Below are positions 17,977 through 27,298 of a stretch of 37,870 nt of DNA, piece after piece (positions within the stretch are counted from its first letter, which is position 1; every line of letters starts with the position of its first letter). The notes beneath the pieces were generated by a model. It ran no database searches, had not been told where the DNA came from, and saw only the letters and a program-made list of their open reading frames with translations. Position numbers and translations under genes: made by a program. The stretch spans positions 1 to 37,870 of the forward strand of contig JAFGVM010000022.1 of assembly GCA_016937995.1 (NCBI GenBank), written 5' to 3'. Source of the DNA: Candidatus Delongbacteria bacterium (GTDB taxonomy: Bacteria; UBA4055).

Positions 17977-19269
17977 TTATTCCGACAGTCTTTTTATATC
18001 CGCACCAAGACCGTTCAATTTATGTTCAATGCCTTCATAACCTCTATCGATCTGCTTGATATTATGAATGACCGACTGACCTTTTGCTGATAGAGCGGCA
18101 ATTAACATGGTCATACCTGCTCTGATATCAGGGGAAGATAATTCCACACCATGAAGTTTGTTCGGTCCGGTAATGACCACTCTATGAGGGTCACATAGAA
18201 CGAGCTTAGCACCCATCCTTATTAATGAGTCAACAAAGAACAGTCTGCCTTCGAACATTTTTTCATGGACCATTATAGTTCCTTTTGAGAACAATGACGC
18301 AACAACCATGATACTTGTAAGGTCGGCTGGGAAGCTTGGCCAGGGTTGATCAGAGATCGAAGGTATCTTACCGCCAAAGTCATCAATTACTTTTAATTTC
18401 TGTCCGCCGGGAATAAAAATATCTTTTTTCTTAACTTCCACTTTCAATCCTATCTTTGCAAAAGCAGGAAAGATGATGTCCATATGTTCTGTATATGCAT
18501 TTTTTATTGTTATTCCGTTGCCGATAGTTGCTGCTAAACCGATAAAAGAACCTACTTCTATATGATCCGGCATAATAGTGTGTTCTGCACTGTGTAATTT
18601 CTTAACACCAGTGATGATTAGTTTATTAGTTCCGATCCCTTTGATATTGGCACCCATAGCGACCAACAGATTACAAAGTCCCTGAACATGGGGTTCACAG
18701 GCAGAGTTATAAATTGATGTTTTACCCGGAGTAAGTACGGCAAGCATTACGGCATTTTCAGTTGCCATTACAGAAGCTTCATCAAAAGTAAAATCCTTCC
18801 CCGCAAGTTTTTCCCCGATCAGTCTACATCCTGATTTCTTATCTTCGATCTTAACTCCCAGTTCCTGAAAAGCCAGTAAGTGAGAATCGATCCTTCTCTG
18901 TCCGATCTTATCTCCACCGGTTGAAGGTAAAGTAATAGAACCTTTTCTAATAATGACAGGTGCCATATACAGCAATGAACTTCTGATCCTGGATGCCAGA
19001 CCGTCATTAAGATAGTCTTTATTTATTTTTTTTGCTGTGAAAGAAAATTTATTAGCTGAGATCTTCTTAACTGACACACCGAGGTCTTTAGCAATCTCTA
19101 TCATGATATTAGTATCGATGATATTTGGAATATTTGAGATGATGACCTCTTCATTTGTAAGCAGGGTGGCAGCAATGACAGGAAGTGCCTCATTTTTATT
19201 CCCGGAAGCATAAATATCACCTTTAAGCTTCTTTCCTCCGTTCACCATAAAATAATCTTTTGTAGACAT
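17977..19269 (-). CDS. murA: UDP-N-acetylglucosamine 1-carboxyvinyltransferase
   Basis: 'SGNKNEALP', 'IRSS', 'GGDKIGQRRIDSH', 'SVMATEN', 'ACEPHV', 'HEKMFEGR', 'DIRAG', 'IDRGYE'. Confidence 0.95.
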   Translation of the reverse strand: MSTKDYFMVNGGKKLKGDIYASGNKNEALPVIAATLLTNEEVIISNIPNIIDTNIMIEIAKDLGVSVKKISANKFSFTAKKINKDYLNDGLASRIRSSLLYMAPVIIRKGSITLPSTGGDKIGQRRIDSHLLAFQELGVKIEDKKSGCRLIGEKLAGKDFTFDEASVMATENAVMLAVLTPGKTSIYNSACEPHVQGLCNLLVAMGANIKGIGTNKLIITGVKKLHSAEHTIMPDHIEVGSFIGLAATIGNGITIKNAYTEHMDIIFPAFAKIGLKVEVKKKDIFIPGGQKLKVIDDFGGKIPSISDQPWPSFPADLTSIMVVASLFSKGTIMVHEKMFEGRLFFVDSLIRMGAKLVLCDPHRVVITGPNKLHGVELSSPDIRAGMTMLIAALSAKGQSVIHNIKQIDRGYEGIEHKLNGLGADIKRLSE

Positions 19270-19294
19270 GGCCTTTTCCTCGTATTGAACTTTT

Positions 19295-19321
19295 TGTCAT
19301 GCTGAATTTATTTCAGTATCT
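19295..19321 (+). repeat. REP-like palindromic element (GTCATGCTGAA...TTCAGTATCT type)
   Basis: TGTCATGCTGAATTTATTTCAGTATCT imperfect hairpin in the intergenic gap upstream of murA. Confidence 0.45.
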
Positions 19322-19356
19322 TTCTTTTGATGTGGAACGTATTCGTGCGTTCATTA

Positions 19357-22300
19357 CTACATATTCGTTTTTCTACGGCTCAATCTTTTCTTAACTGAAG
19401 GGGATACCTTCTTATCATGAGATAAATTGGTTTTATTCTTAGGTGAAGATTTCAGTATCGCCCTTTTTAGCTTTCTATATTCAGCAAGTTTATTGGAATC
19501 AGTTACCTGAGAAGTCATCACAGCTGCTTTTTTAACAACTTCCTTTACTTTTATCATATTTTTCATCTCGGAAAGAGTTTTCAATAAAGCCAGGTAAAGT
19601 TCGAAAATTATCTCGGTATCATACTTTATTGAATTATCTTCCAGATTCAATATCAACTTATCATAATTATCCGGTGAATATCTGACTAATCCCAAATTTG
19701 CAATATCAGAACCAATTGAACTTAATTTTTTCAAAGGATCTTCTGACCTCACTGCTTTATTCTTATCGAAATACTCTTTGGCGGATTTACAGTTATTTGA
19801 GAATAAAAGCAATACACCAAGTCTATAGTTGGATTCTATAGAATTTAACGATTTTACCTTTTTCGATAATTTTAAAGCTTTCACAAAGGTCTTTTCAGCG
19901 AAATCATACTCATCGTAATACTGATAGACCGTACCAAGAGTTATATACGCTTTCAGCAGAAGTTTATTGTTCTTGTTCACTACCAGTCCGGCAATAATGG
20001 AATCCATCGCAGCAATTGCCTGTAAAAATCTGTTCTGGTTACTGTGGATTATCCCCAAGTTCAATGAATATTCATAAAATTTATCCGTATTCTCAGAATC
20101 TTTATAGAAAGATACAAGTTGTTTTGTATAGTCCTCAGCCTGTTTATAATCCTTGATCTTCAGTGATATTATTGCAGCTTTTTCAGTGATGTCATATATT
20201 TTTGAATAATCATGTTTTGCGTAATATTTCTCACCTAATTCTTTGTAAAGGTCCATTGCAGTTCTGAAAGAATTATCAAAGTATGCTGAATTTGCTCTGT
20301 TCTCAAGAAGTAGATCATTTTCACTATTATAACCAATAGAGTCATAAAGTTTTGTAGCAATTTCCAGTTCTTTGATACCATCTTCTATTTTGTTCTGATC
20401 AAAATACAGCTTAGTCCTAAGATTATGAAAATTAGCCTGAGACTCCAGAGATTTGATCTCTACAGCTTCTTTTATTGAGATATCGCAAATATTTTCCAGC
20501 TTTTTAAGATTATTGTTTCTCAGATACAATGTTCCAAGCAGATAATTCATGTTCAGATAACATTCCTTCTTTTCCTTCTCAAGCAGCTTTGTTGCCACTT
20601 TTTCATATTTTATAATATAATCTTTTATATTAGTCCTGCTGACAAGATAAGTTGAGTATAGCATATTTTTACACCAGAGTTCGATAGGGAACTTATCATC
20701 TTTTACAGCTTTGTTGTAAAGGATCCTGTCATTAATATCAATCATATTTTCGAGTGCATTAAAATTCAGCTGATAGTGTGAACTTTCAAGGAGATCAATG
20801 ATTATCGTAAATAATTTATCCCAGTTTTTAGCTCTGTAGTAGTGATAGAATATTTTGAATGAAAAATCTTCAATACCTTTTTGTTCAAATATTTCACCCA
20901 GCAGATTATGGAGCAGTTTCTTGTTTTTAGGGTTAATCGATTGATAAACAGCTTCAACAATAGATAATTCAACTATCTTGAAATAATTGTTTTCATTATC
21001 TATCAGACCTTTATCAAGCAACTCGGTAAGTGCTTCTTTTTCATCCATTGGGTAATTGATATTGTGCAGCAATGAATCCAGGTCACTGTAGTAGAACTCA
21101 TCGCCCAGTATGGTGATGATCTTGAAAATGTTATTGGCATTAACACTCAATGAGTTCAGTTTGCTTTCAAAAATATCAAAAAGATTATCAGGAATATTAT
21201 CTTTCTCAAAATCCTTAAGTTTAACAACTTTGTCCTGAATATCCAGTATTCCTTTATTCAGTAAATACTGAGCATATTCCTTCAAAATATAAAAATTACC
21301 TCCTGTTACTTCAAAGAAAAGGTCAACGGTCTTTTTTGGTATTATTTTATGTGGGAACATCAGTTTCATAGACCTTGATATCATATTTTTATCAAGATCA
21401 GAAACTTCTATTGTATGATAGTCAAATTTTTTGTCTTTCAGAATATCTTTATCGTTTGAAACAAAGACGAATTTTACCTTTGGTGATTTTATTGCTACTT
21501 CATAAAAAATCTCTTCACAGGAACCGGTCAAGTACTGAAAATTGTCGATAATTATACAGACAGGTCTATTATAGTAAGAGATATTTAATTTAATGCTGTC
21601 TTTCAGTGCCTGTTTAAGATTTGCAACAACTGTTACATGATCGAGCTTATGTAATGAATGATCAATGTCTCCGTGATATTTATTGATAAAGAAAGTAAGA
21701 TTATTCTTATTCAGCAAAGGCAGTGAGGAAGAGTTTATATATTTATTTATCTTATCAACATTACCGGCTTCTTTTGTAATACCGAACAATAAACTGTCCA
21801 TGATCTCTATTATAAGTCTGAATTCTCTGACAGAGTGTTTTTTCTCGTTCAGAGAGATAAGAAAATTATTTCCATCATAAGTACTGCTGATCTCTTTTAT
21901 TATCTGGGATTTACCCGAACCTATCTCTCCTGTGACCAATAAAATTTTTTCCTTTGAGTTATCAATAAAAGCCAGAATGTCATCTTCCTCATCACGGTTC
22001 AAATAAATTTTCCTTAATTTTTCGCTTTGACTGATCTCTTTTCCGTCAGTATACCAGATACCTGACAATGCGGATCTGTTAATATTATAATTCTCAATCA
22101 CAGATATAGCTGTCTTTTCTGATAAAATTATATACGGAAGCTCATTCAATTCCACAGCGGAATAGCTTTTTTTAAAAGAATGTCTTTTATCGATCTCATC
22201 TTCCTGAAGTATAGCAATTTTGAAGATCATTGTAACTTTCTGCTCTTTTAGTAATTCGTCTATTCTTTCGTGTATAGTGTTCGTTTTTAAAGCCAGGTCA

Positions 22301-22515
22301 TATATTGTTCTAAAATCTTTAACTCTGGGATTGTCAATTAAGACCGATCTGTGATCATGAGAAAGGATCTTTACATCAAGCTCTTCAAGCTTTACAGTCA
22401 ATAATGTCTTTATGTTATCGAACAAAATATCAATATCTTTTTTATACATATCTTTCAGTTCGTTGTAGTTCGCAAGGTAAAAATAGAGCTTGTACTTTCT
22501 TTTATTTTTTGTCAT
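19357..22515 (-). CDS. STAND-like P-loop NTPase with C-terminal TPR repeats
   Basis: Walker A 'GEIGSGKS', Walker B 'IIIDNFQY', 'TGGNFYIL' helical-domain motif, 'KKLLHNLLG', 'YHYYRA' and TPR-like repeats over the last ~450 aa. Confidence 0.75.
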   Translation of the reverse strand: MTKNKRKYKLYFYLANYNELKDMYKKDIDILFDNIKTLLTVKLEELDVKILSHDHRSVLIDNPRVKDFRTIYDLALKTNTIHERIDELLKEQKVTMIFKIAILQEDEIDKRHSFKKSYSAVELNELPYIILSEKTAISVIENYNINRSALSGIWYTDGKEISQSEKLRKIYLNRDEEDDILAFIDNSKEKILLVTGEIGSGKSQIIKEISSTYDGNNFLISLNEKKHSVREFRLIIEIMDSLLFGITKEAGNVDKINKYINSSSLPLLNKNNLTFFINKYHGDIDHSLHKLDHVTVVANLKQALKDSIKLNISYYNRPVCIIIDNFQYLTGSCEEIFYEVAIKSPKVKFVFVSNDKDILKDKKFDYHTIEVSDLDKNMISRSMKLMFPHKIIPKKTVDLFFEVTGGNFYILKEYAQYLLNKGILDIQDKVVKLKDFEKDNIPDNLFDIFESKLNSLSVNANNIFKIITILGDEFYYSDLDSLLHNINYPMDEKEALTELLDKGLIDNENNYFKIVELSIVEAVYQSINPKNKKLLHNLLGEIFEQKGIEDFSFKIFYHYYRAKNWDKLFTIIIDLLESSHYQLNFNALENMIDINDRILYNKAVKDDKFPIELWCKNMLYSTYLVSRTNIKDYIIKYEKVATKLLEKEKKECYLNMNYLLGTLYLRNNNLKKLENICDISIKEAVEIKSLESQANFHNLRTKLYFDQNKIEDGIKELEIATKLYDSIGYNSENDLLLENRANSAYFDNSFRTAMDLYKELGEKYYAKHDYSKIYDITEKAAIISLKIKDYKQAEDYTKQLVSFYKDSENTDKFYEYSLNLGIIHSNQNRFLQAIAAMDSIIAGLVVNKNNKLLLKAYITLGTVYQYYDEYDFAEKTFVKALKLSKKVKSLNSIESNYRLGVLLLFSNNCKSAKEYFDKNKAVRSEDPLKKLSSIGSDIANLGLVRYSPDNYDKLILNLEDNSIKYDTEIIFELYLALLKTLSEMKNMIKVKEVVKKAAVMTSQVTDSNKLAEYRKLKRAILKSSPKNKTNLSHDKKVSPSVKKRLSRRKTNM

Positions 22516-22592
22516 TCGTGGTTACTTCCTTTTTTTTGTTACTTACGATGTAGAATGCATTCCTGCAATCCTTACCATGTCGACCTCGTGCT

Positions 22593-23255
22593 TTACGACA
22601 CTCCGTACTCTTCTCTGTATTTGTACATTTTACCCAGAAGCTCTTCAGAGATCAGGTCTTTATTCTCCTCAAGATACTCAATTATTTCAACAATAGATAC
22701 TATAGGGTAGAAGTCTATGCCTAAGATCTCTCTAAGTTCCTGAATAGCTGACTTTTCACCCTTACCTTTTTCCATTCTGTCCACCGAGACCACTACAGCT
22801 ACTATTTTAGGACCACCGACTGATTTTAAGATATCGATTGATTCTCTAATTGCTGTACCTGCAGTGATAACATCATCAATAAGAACGAGTTTGTCAGCAG
22901 ATTCAAGTTGCTTACCAACAAGCATACCTATATCTCCGTGACCTTTGGCTTCTTTCCTGTTGAAAGAATAGTCTTTACTCAGTGAGAATTCACTGTATAA
23001 TGCTCCGGCGCATGATACAGCCAACGGGATCCCTTTGTAAGCAGGACCGAAGATCACATTATAATCATCTTTTACATTGTCGATTATAGCCTGTGCATAG
23101 AATTTACCGAGTTTAGCTACTGCCTCTCCGCTGTATAGCATTCCTGTATTCAAAAAGTAAGGTGATAATCTACCTGATTTCAAGGTAAATTCACCGAATT
23201 TAAGTGATTTGTTATCGATAAGGAACTTAATGAATTCCTTTTTATACTCCTGCAT
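22593..23255 (-). CDS. pyrE: Orotate phosphoribosyltransferase
   Basis: 'FGEFTLKSGRLSPYF', 'FGPAYKGIP', 'NRKEAKGHG' and PRPP motif 'LIDDVITAGT'. ATG 23255 follows AAAGGAG. Confidence 0.96.
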   Translation of the reverse strand: MQEYKKEFIKFLIDNKSLKFGEFTLKSGRLSPYFLNTGMLYSGEAVAKLGKFYAQAIIDNVKDDYNVIFGPAYKGIPLAVSCAGALYSEFSLSKDYSFNRKEAKGHGDIGMLVGKQLESADKLVLIDDVITAGTAIRESIDILKSVGGPKIVAVVVSVDRMEKGKGEKSAIQELREILGIDFYPIVSIVEIIEYLEENKDLISEELLGKMYKYREEYGVS

Positions 23256-23273
23256 TTTTTTCTCCTTTAATAA

Positions 23274-23350
23274 GAGACGCAAAGTGTTGCGTCATTACTG
23301 TTACTCCACACGTTAAAACCAGTGGTTACCAATGTTATATCCCATGGGAA
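23274..23350. repeat. Cluster of degenerate REP-like palindromes between rnz and pyrE
   Basis: GACGCAA-agtg-TTGCGTC (23276-23293) and CCAC-acgttaaaacca-GTGG followed by ...TCCCATGGGA. Confidence 0.4.
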
Positions 23351-23370
23351 AGTGGACTGTTCACACTTCA

Positions 23371-24273
23371 CTATATCATTATTTCCATGAAATCTTCAGC
23401 CAGATATATCTCTCCATCGAATTTTTCTGCCGCTTCTGTTCTGAACTTCTCTGAATAAGGATAAGCTGCACTGAAGTGGTACAGCATTATCTTCTTCACA
23501 TTTGCTCTATGAGCTACATTTCCTGCCATATACGATGTTAAATGAGTTCTGTCTTTTGCTCTTTCCTCATGCTCTTTCTGAAATGTCGATTCTATTATCA
23601 TAAAGTCAGCATTATCAGCGGTTTTATATATTCCTTTCGACAGATAAGTATCACCGATATAGGCGATCGTTTTACCTTTAACAGGTTCAGATGCTACGTC
23701 TTTCAAAGCTATTTTATCACCATTCTCCAGAGTAACCGCTTCACCTTTCCTCAATAGACCACATACCGGGCCTTCAGTCAGCCCGTAGCCCTCAAGTTTC
23801 TCTTTGATGATATTTCCAAGTTTGTCATTGAAAGTTATTCTGTAGCCAAAGCAATCCAGTCTGTGCTTAAGCAGATACGTATTTATCTTAAAATCTTCAA
23901 AGATATGTTCGTTTTCGTCATCTATTTCAATGATCTCAGTTTCAAATGAGAATTCTGTTCCTACAAATTTCAGGTTCATTTCGATAAATTCTTTAATACC
24001 AATTGGCCCCACAATAGTTACTTTTCCTTCTATTCCGAACATGCTTTTGGTTGAAAGCATCGGGATAAGCCCTGCAATATGGTCAAAGTGAAGGTGAGAA
24101 ATGAATATGTATCTTATCTTGCTTAATTTATATCCGGCTATCTGTAGCTGTCTTTGAGTATTTTCAGAGCAATCGAGCATAATACCGTAACTCTCCAGTT
24201 TTATTATGAAAGATGTGCAATTACGATTCTTTGTAGGTGCTCCACCGCTACTGCCTAATACCAATAATTTCAT
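23371..24273 (-). CDS. rnz: Ribonuclease Z
   Basis: 'LGSSGGAPTKNRN', 'SHLHFDHIAG', exosite 'GLTEGPVCGLLRKGE', 'GDT', 'ESTF', 'HLT', 'YHFS'. Confidence 0.93.
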   Translation of the reverse strand: MKLLVLGSSGGAPTKNRNCTSFIIKLESYGIMLDCSENTQRQLQIAGYKLSKIRYIFISHLHFDHIAGLIPMLSTKSMFGIEGKVTIVGPIGIKEFIEMNLKFVGTEFSFETEIIEIDDENEHIFEDFKINTYLLKHRLDCFGYRITFNDKLGNIIKEKLEGYGLTEGPVCGLLRKGEAVTLENGDKIALKDVASEPVKGKTIAYIGDTYLSKGIYKTADNADFMIIESTFQKEHEERAKDRTHLTSYMAGNVAHRANVKKIMLYHFSAAYPYSEKFRTEAAEKFDGEIYLAEDFMEIMI

Positions 24274-24301
24274 CAGAGATTAATTCTCCATTAACAATTT
24301 T

Positions 24302-24757
24302 TTAATTCTCAATTTGTTTTATCATATAATACTTGATGTTACCCGGTGATATGAACAAAGTACATTCTTCATTATCACATATTTCCTTCATCATTTCAAC
24401 TACTTCAGTTACCTCAAGATCTACTTCGAAGAGAATGTCGGACAGAAATACCTGCCCGTCGTCATCATTTTCAGCCAGCTGGAGTACGATCTCTTTTAAT
24501 TCGTCAACATCGATGATATCAACAGGTCTGTAACTTTCTGGAAATGAATGGAATACATAATTTGATCTACCAGCTTCAACCACGAAAATCGATATCGCAT
24601 TTTCTCTGTATAGTTCGTTTAATATGCTTTTTACAAGTTTTATATCTTTATATATCTTGCCAAATGCTTTACTTGATATAATCCCATCATTAAGAACTGC
24701 ATATTGCAATACTTTCTTATATATGTCGAATTCAGTCAGCTTCTTTTTAAAGAACAT
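24302..24757 (-). CDS. Hypothetical protein with two winged-helix-like repeats
   Basis: Two similar halves: 'VLQYAVLNDGII...LNELYRE...EAGRSNYVF' and 'VLQLAENDDDGQV...MKEICDN...SPGNIKYYM'. 1-nt overlap with the pcrA stop. Confidence 0.6.
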   Translation of the reverse strand: MFFKKKLTEFDIYKKVLQYAVLNDGIISSKAFGKIYKDIKLVKSILNELYRENAISIFVVEAGRSNYVFHSFPESYRPVDIIDVDELKEIVLQLAENDDDGQVFLSDILFEVDLEVTEVVEMMKEICDNEECTLFISPGNIKYYMIKQIEN

Positions 24758-26922
24758 TATTGATTCTCCATTAATTTTAATCCAGCGTATTTCGTCAGCA
24801 GCTTTTTTATCCCGTATTCATCGAAATCGACGGTCAATGTCTGCTTAGCTCCTTCTCCTTCGATCATCAATATAATACCTTCCCCGAACTGATTTGAGAC
24901 CACAAGATCTCTTTCATTGAATTGATCTATCTGAAGTGTTTTATATGTATTTTCGTACTTACTTTTTCTTTCATAGTCAAGATTTGACCTGTCAATATAG
25001 TTGTAATCTTTCATATCAACAGAATCTTCAGGCAGATTCTTCAAAAATCTTGAAGGTATATACCCGTTAAAATCCCCGTAGTATCTTTTCCTGAACTTAT
25101 ACGTAGAAAAATATAGCTTCTTCTTCGCTCTGGTAACAGCAACATAGAATAATCTTCTTTCTTCTTCGATCTTATCCGAAGTATCATCTCTGACAATAGG
25201 GAAGAGCCCGTCATTCATTCCTATAATGATCACATTCTCGAACTCCAGGCCCTTGGCTGAATGTACCGTCATCAGTGTTATATTGCTTTCACTGTCGTTA
25301 TATGAATCAATATCAGCCAGCAGTGATACCGATTCAAGGAAATCTCTGAGAGTATTGTTTTCTTCATTAGCCGTAAATTCAGAAATACTTGCTAAAAATT
25401 CATAAAGGTTGTCTATCTTTTTATCTGAATCGTTCTTCTCTGCTTCAAGATTATAATATGCTTTTAATCCCGATTCAATGAGTACGAATTCACACAGTTC
25501 TTCAGCATCCATCCTTGAAAGGTTTTCAATACCCTTATTATAAAGCTCTAAAAATCTGTTTATCTTATGTCTTGAATTTTCAGTGAGATCAGAAATGTTC
25601 TTATTATCCCTGAGTGCATCAAAGTAGGTCATTTCGTTGGTGAAAGCATGATGCCGAACCTTTTCCAGAGTCGTTTTTCCGATACCTCTCGGTGGGAAGT
25701 TGACGATACGTTCAAAAGCAACATTGTCTTTTGGATTTAAAAGCAGCTTAAGATATGCTGTAATGTCCTTGATCTCTTTTCTTTCATAGAACTTCACTCC
25801 ACCAACGATAACGTAGGGAAGACCCTTCTTACGCAGATTCTCCTCAGGTAATCTACTTTGCGAGTTAGTTCTGTAAAGGATACATATATCTTCAAGTTTG
25901 GAACCGTTGCCGATCAGTTCAGTGATAATATCAATGACCTTTGTACTTTCTTCTATATCCGAATCAGAAGATATCATTACTGCCTTATCACCTGTATCAG
26001 CATTGGTAAATAATTTTTTACCTAATCTCTGTGTGTTCTCTGATATGACAACATTCGCTATATTGAGAATATTTGTAGTACTGCGGTAATTTTCCTCAAG
26101 TTGTACGACCTTACACTTTTTAAATTTCTGCTTAAAGTTCAGGATATTAGTTATATCAGCACCTCTCCAGCTGTAGATAGATTGATCTTCATCTCCGACG
26201 ACACAGATATTTTCATAAATTCCACTGAGCATTTTTACCAGAAGGTCCTGAACAAAGTTCGTATCCTGATATTCATCAACACAGATATACTTTATCTTAT
26301 TTTGAAATTCGAACAAAAGGTCCTGATTTTCTCTGAACAATTTTATTGTCATACAGATCAGATCATCAAAGTCGAAAGCATTACACTTAGCCAGTTCATC
26401 CTGATATCCTTTGTAGATGTCTTTTATCTTTGAATGAAAATTTACATCAGAATCAGGGTTGTATTCTTCCGGATATATAAGTTTGTTCTTAAAATTAGAG
26501 ATCATATGAGCGATCTTTTTGTACGGGAATGCCGATGAGTCAATATTCTGCTGAGTAATGATATTCTTAACGACCTTATAAGAATCATCAGAATCGTAGA
26601 TCACAAAGTTTGAAGTATAACCAAGCCTTTCAGCATATTTTCTCAATATTCCCGCACAGATCGAATGAAAAGTACCTGCAATGGTCATTTTCCCAAAATC
26701 TCCAACCCTTTGAATTATCCTGGTCTTAAGTTCTTTTGCAGCCTTATTTGTAAAAGTAACAGCCACGATCTCTCCGGGATCTGCTTTTTTTGAAAGGATG
26801 ATATTTGCTATTCGTTCAACAAGAACTCTGGTCTTACCGCTTCCTGCACCTGCTATAATAAGCAAAGGTCCGTCTAAATGTTCGACAGCTTCCTGCTGTT
26901 TGGAATTTAAAGTTATTCTCAA
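24757..26922 (-). CDS. pcrA: ATP-dependent DNA helicase PcrA/UvrD
   Basis: 'AGAGSGKT', 'TFTNKAA', 'TFHS', 'DEYQDTN', 'VGDEDQSIYSWRGA', 'LEENYRST', 'TVHSAKGLEF', 'EERRLFYVAVTRAK' and a C-terminal Tudor-like domain; TTG start. Confidence 0.95.
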   Translation of the reverse strand: MRITLNSKQQEAVEHLDGPLLIIAGAGSGKTRVLVERIANIILSKKADPGEIVAVTFTNKAAKELKTRIIQRVGDFGKMTIAGTFHSICAGILRKYAERLGYTSNFVIYDSDDSYKVVKNIITQQNIDSSAFPYKKIAHMISNFKNKLIYPEEYNPDSDVNFHSKIKDIYKGYQDELAKCNAFDFDDLICMTIKLFRENQDLLFEFQNKIKYICVDEYQDTNFVQDLLVKMLSGIYENICVVGDEDQSIYSWRGADITNILNFKQKFKKCKVVQLEENYRSTTNILNIANVVISENTQRLGKKLFTNADTGDKAVMISSDSDIEESTKVIDIITELIGNGSKLEDICILYRTNSQSRLPEENLRKKGLPYVIVGGVKFYERKEIKDITAYLKLLLNPKDNVAFERIVNFPPRGIGKTTLEKVRHHAFTNEMTYFDALRDNKNISDLTENSRHKINRFLELYNKGIENLSRMDAEELCEFVLIESGLKAYYNLEAEKNDSDKKIDNLYEFLASISEFTANEENNTLRDFLESVSLLADIDSYNDSESNITLMTVHSAKGLEFENVIIIGMNDGLFPIVRDDTSDKIEEERRLFYVAVTRAKKKLYFSTYKFRKRYYGDFNGYIPSRFLKNLPEDSVDMKDYNYIDRSNLDYERKSKYENTYKTLQIDQFNERDLVVSNQFGEGIILMIEGEGAKQTLTVDFDEYGIKKLLTKYAGLKLMENQ

Positions 26923-26952
26923 TTCTTAATTCTCAATTCTCAATTCTCAATT
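26915..26952. repeat. Heptamer tandem repeat (ATTCTCA, ~5.4 copies) overlapping the pcrA start
   Basis: attctca attctta attctca attctca attctca att. Confidence 0.85.
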
Positions 26953-26956
26953 GCTT

Positions 26957-27298
26957 CTATATGTTCGTCACTTCAGCTTCGATCTCTACATCCCACCACA
27001 TCTCATCGTTCTCGATCTTTTCTGAAGATGAACTAAGAACAGTATGTTTCAGGATCTTACCTGCAGGTATCAATTCAGGTTTCCCATCTTTCTCCACTAC
27101 TTTGAAACCGAATTGTCTTAAAGCATCATCTCTTGCATCCTGAAGTGCTTTTTCCTCAGTTTCACCCCAGCCTTGCGCTGTGATCTTGTGATTCTGAACG
27201 TCCACATTCTCAGTTGTTGAATTAGGTTTCTCATTTTTTGCACAAGAAACAAACAAAGCCAAAGCAATTACCAGTAATACACCTGTTAATTTTTTCAT
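26957..27298 (-). CDS. Small lipoprotein (LPP20-like motif)
   Basis: Lipoprotein signal 'MKKLTGVLLVIALALFVS-C' and motif 'TAQGWGETEEKALQDARDDALRQ'; ATGA overlap with mltG. Confidence 0.75.
   Translation of the reverse strand: MKKLTGVLLVIALALFVSCAKNEKPNSTTENVDVQNHKITAQGWGETEEKALQDARDDALRQFGFKVVEKDGKPELIPAGKILKHTVLSSSSEKIENDEMWWDVEIEAEVTNI

Noticed and set aside
22542-22577. Mini-ORF MVRIAGMHSTS on the minus strand between pyrE and the STAND gene
   Set aside because: Only 11 codons, it overlaps a REP-like palindrome, and there is no evidence of function.
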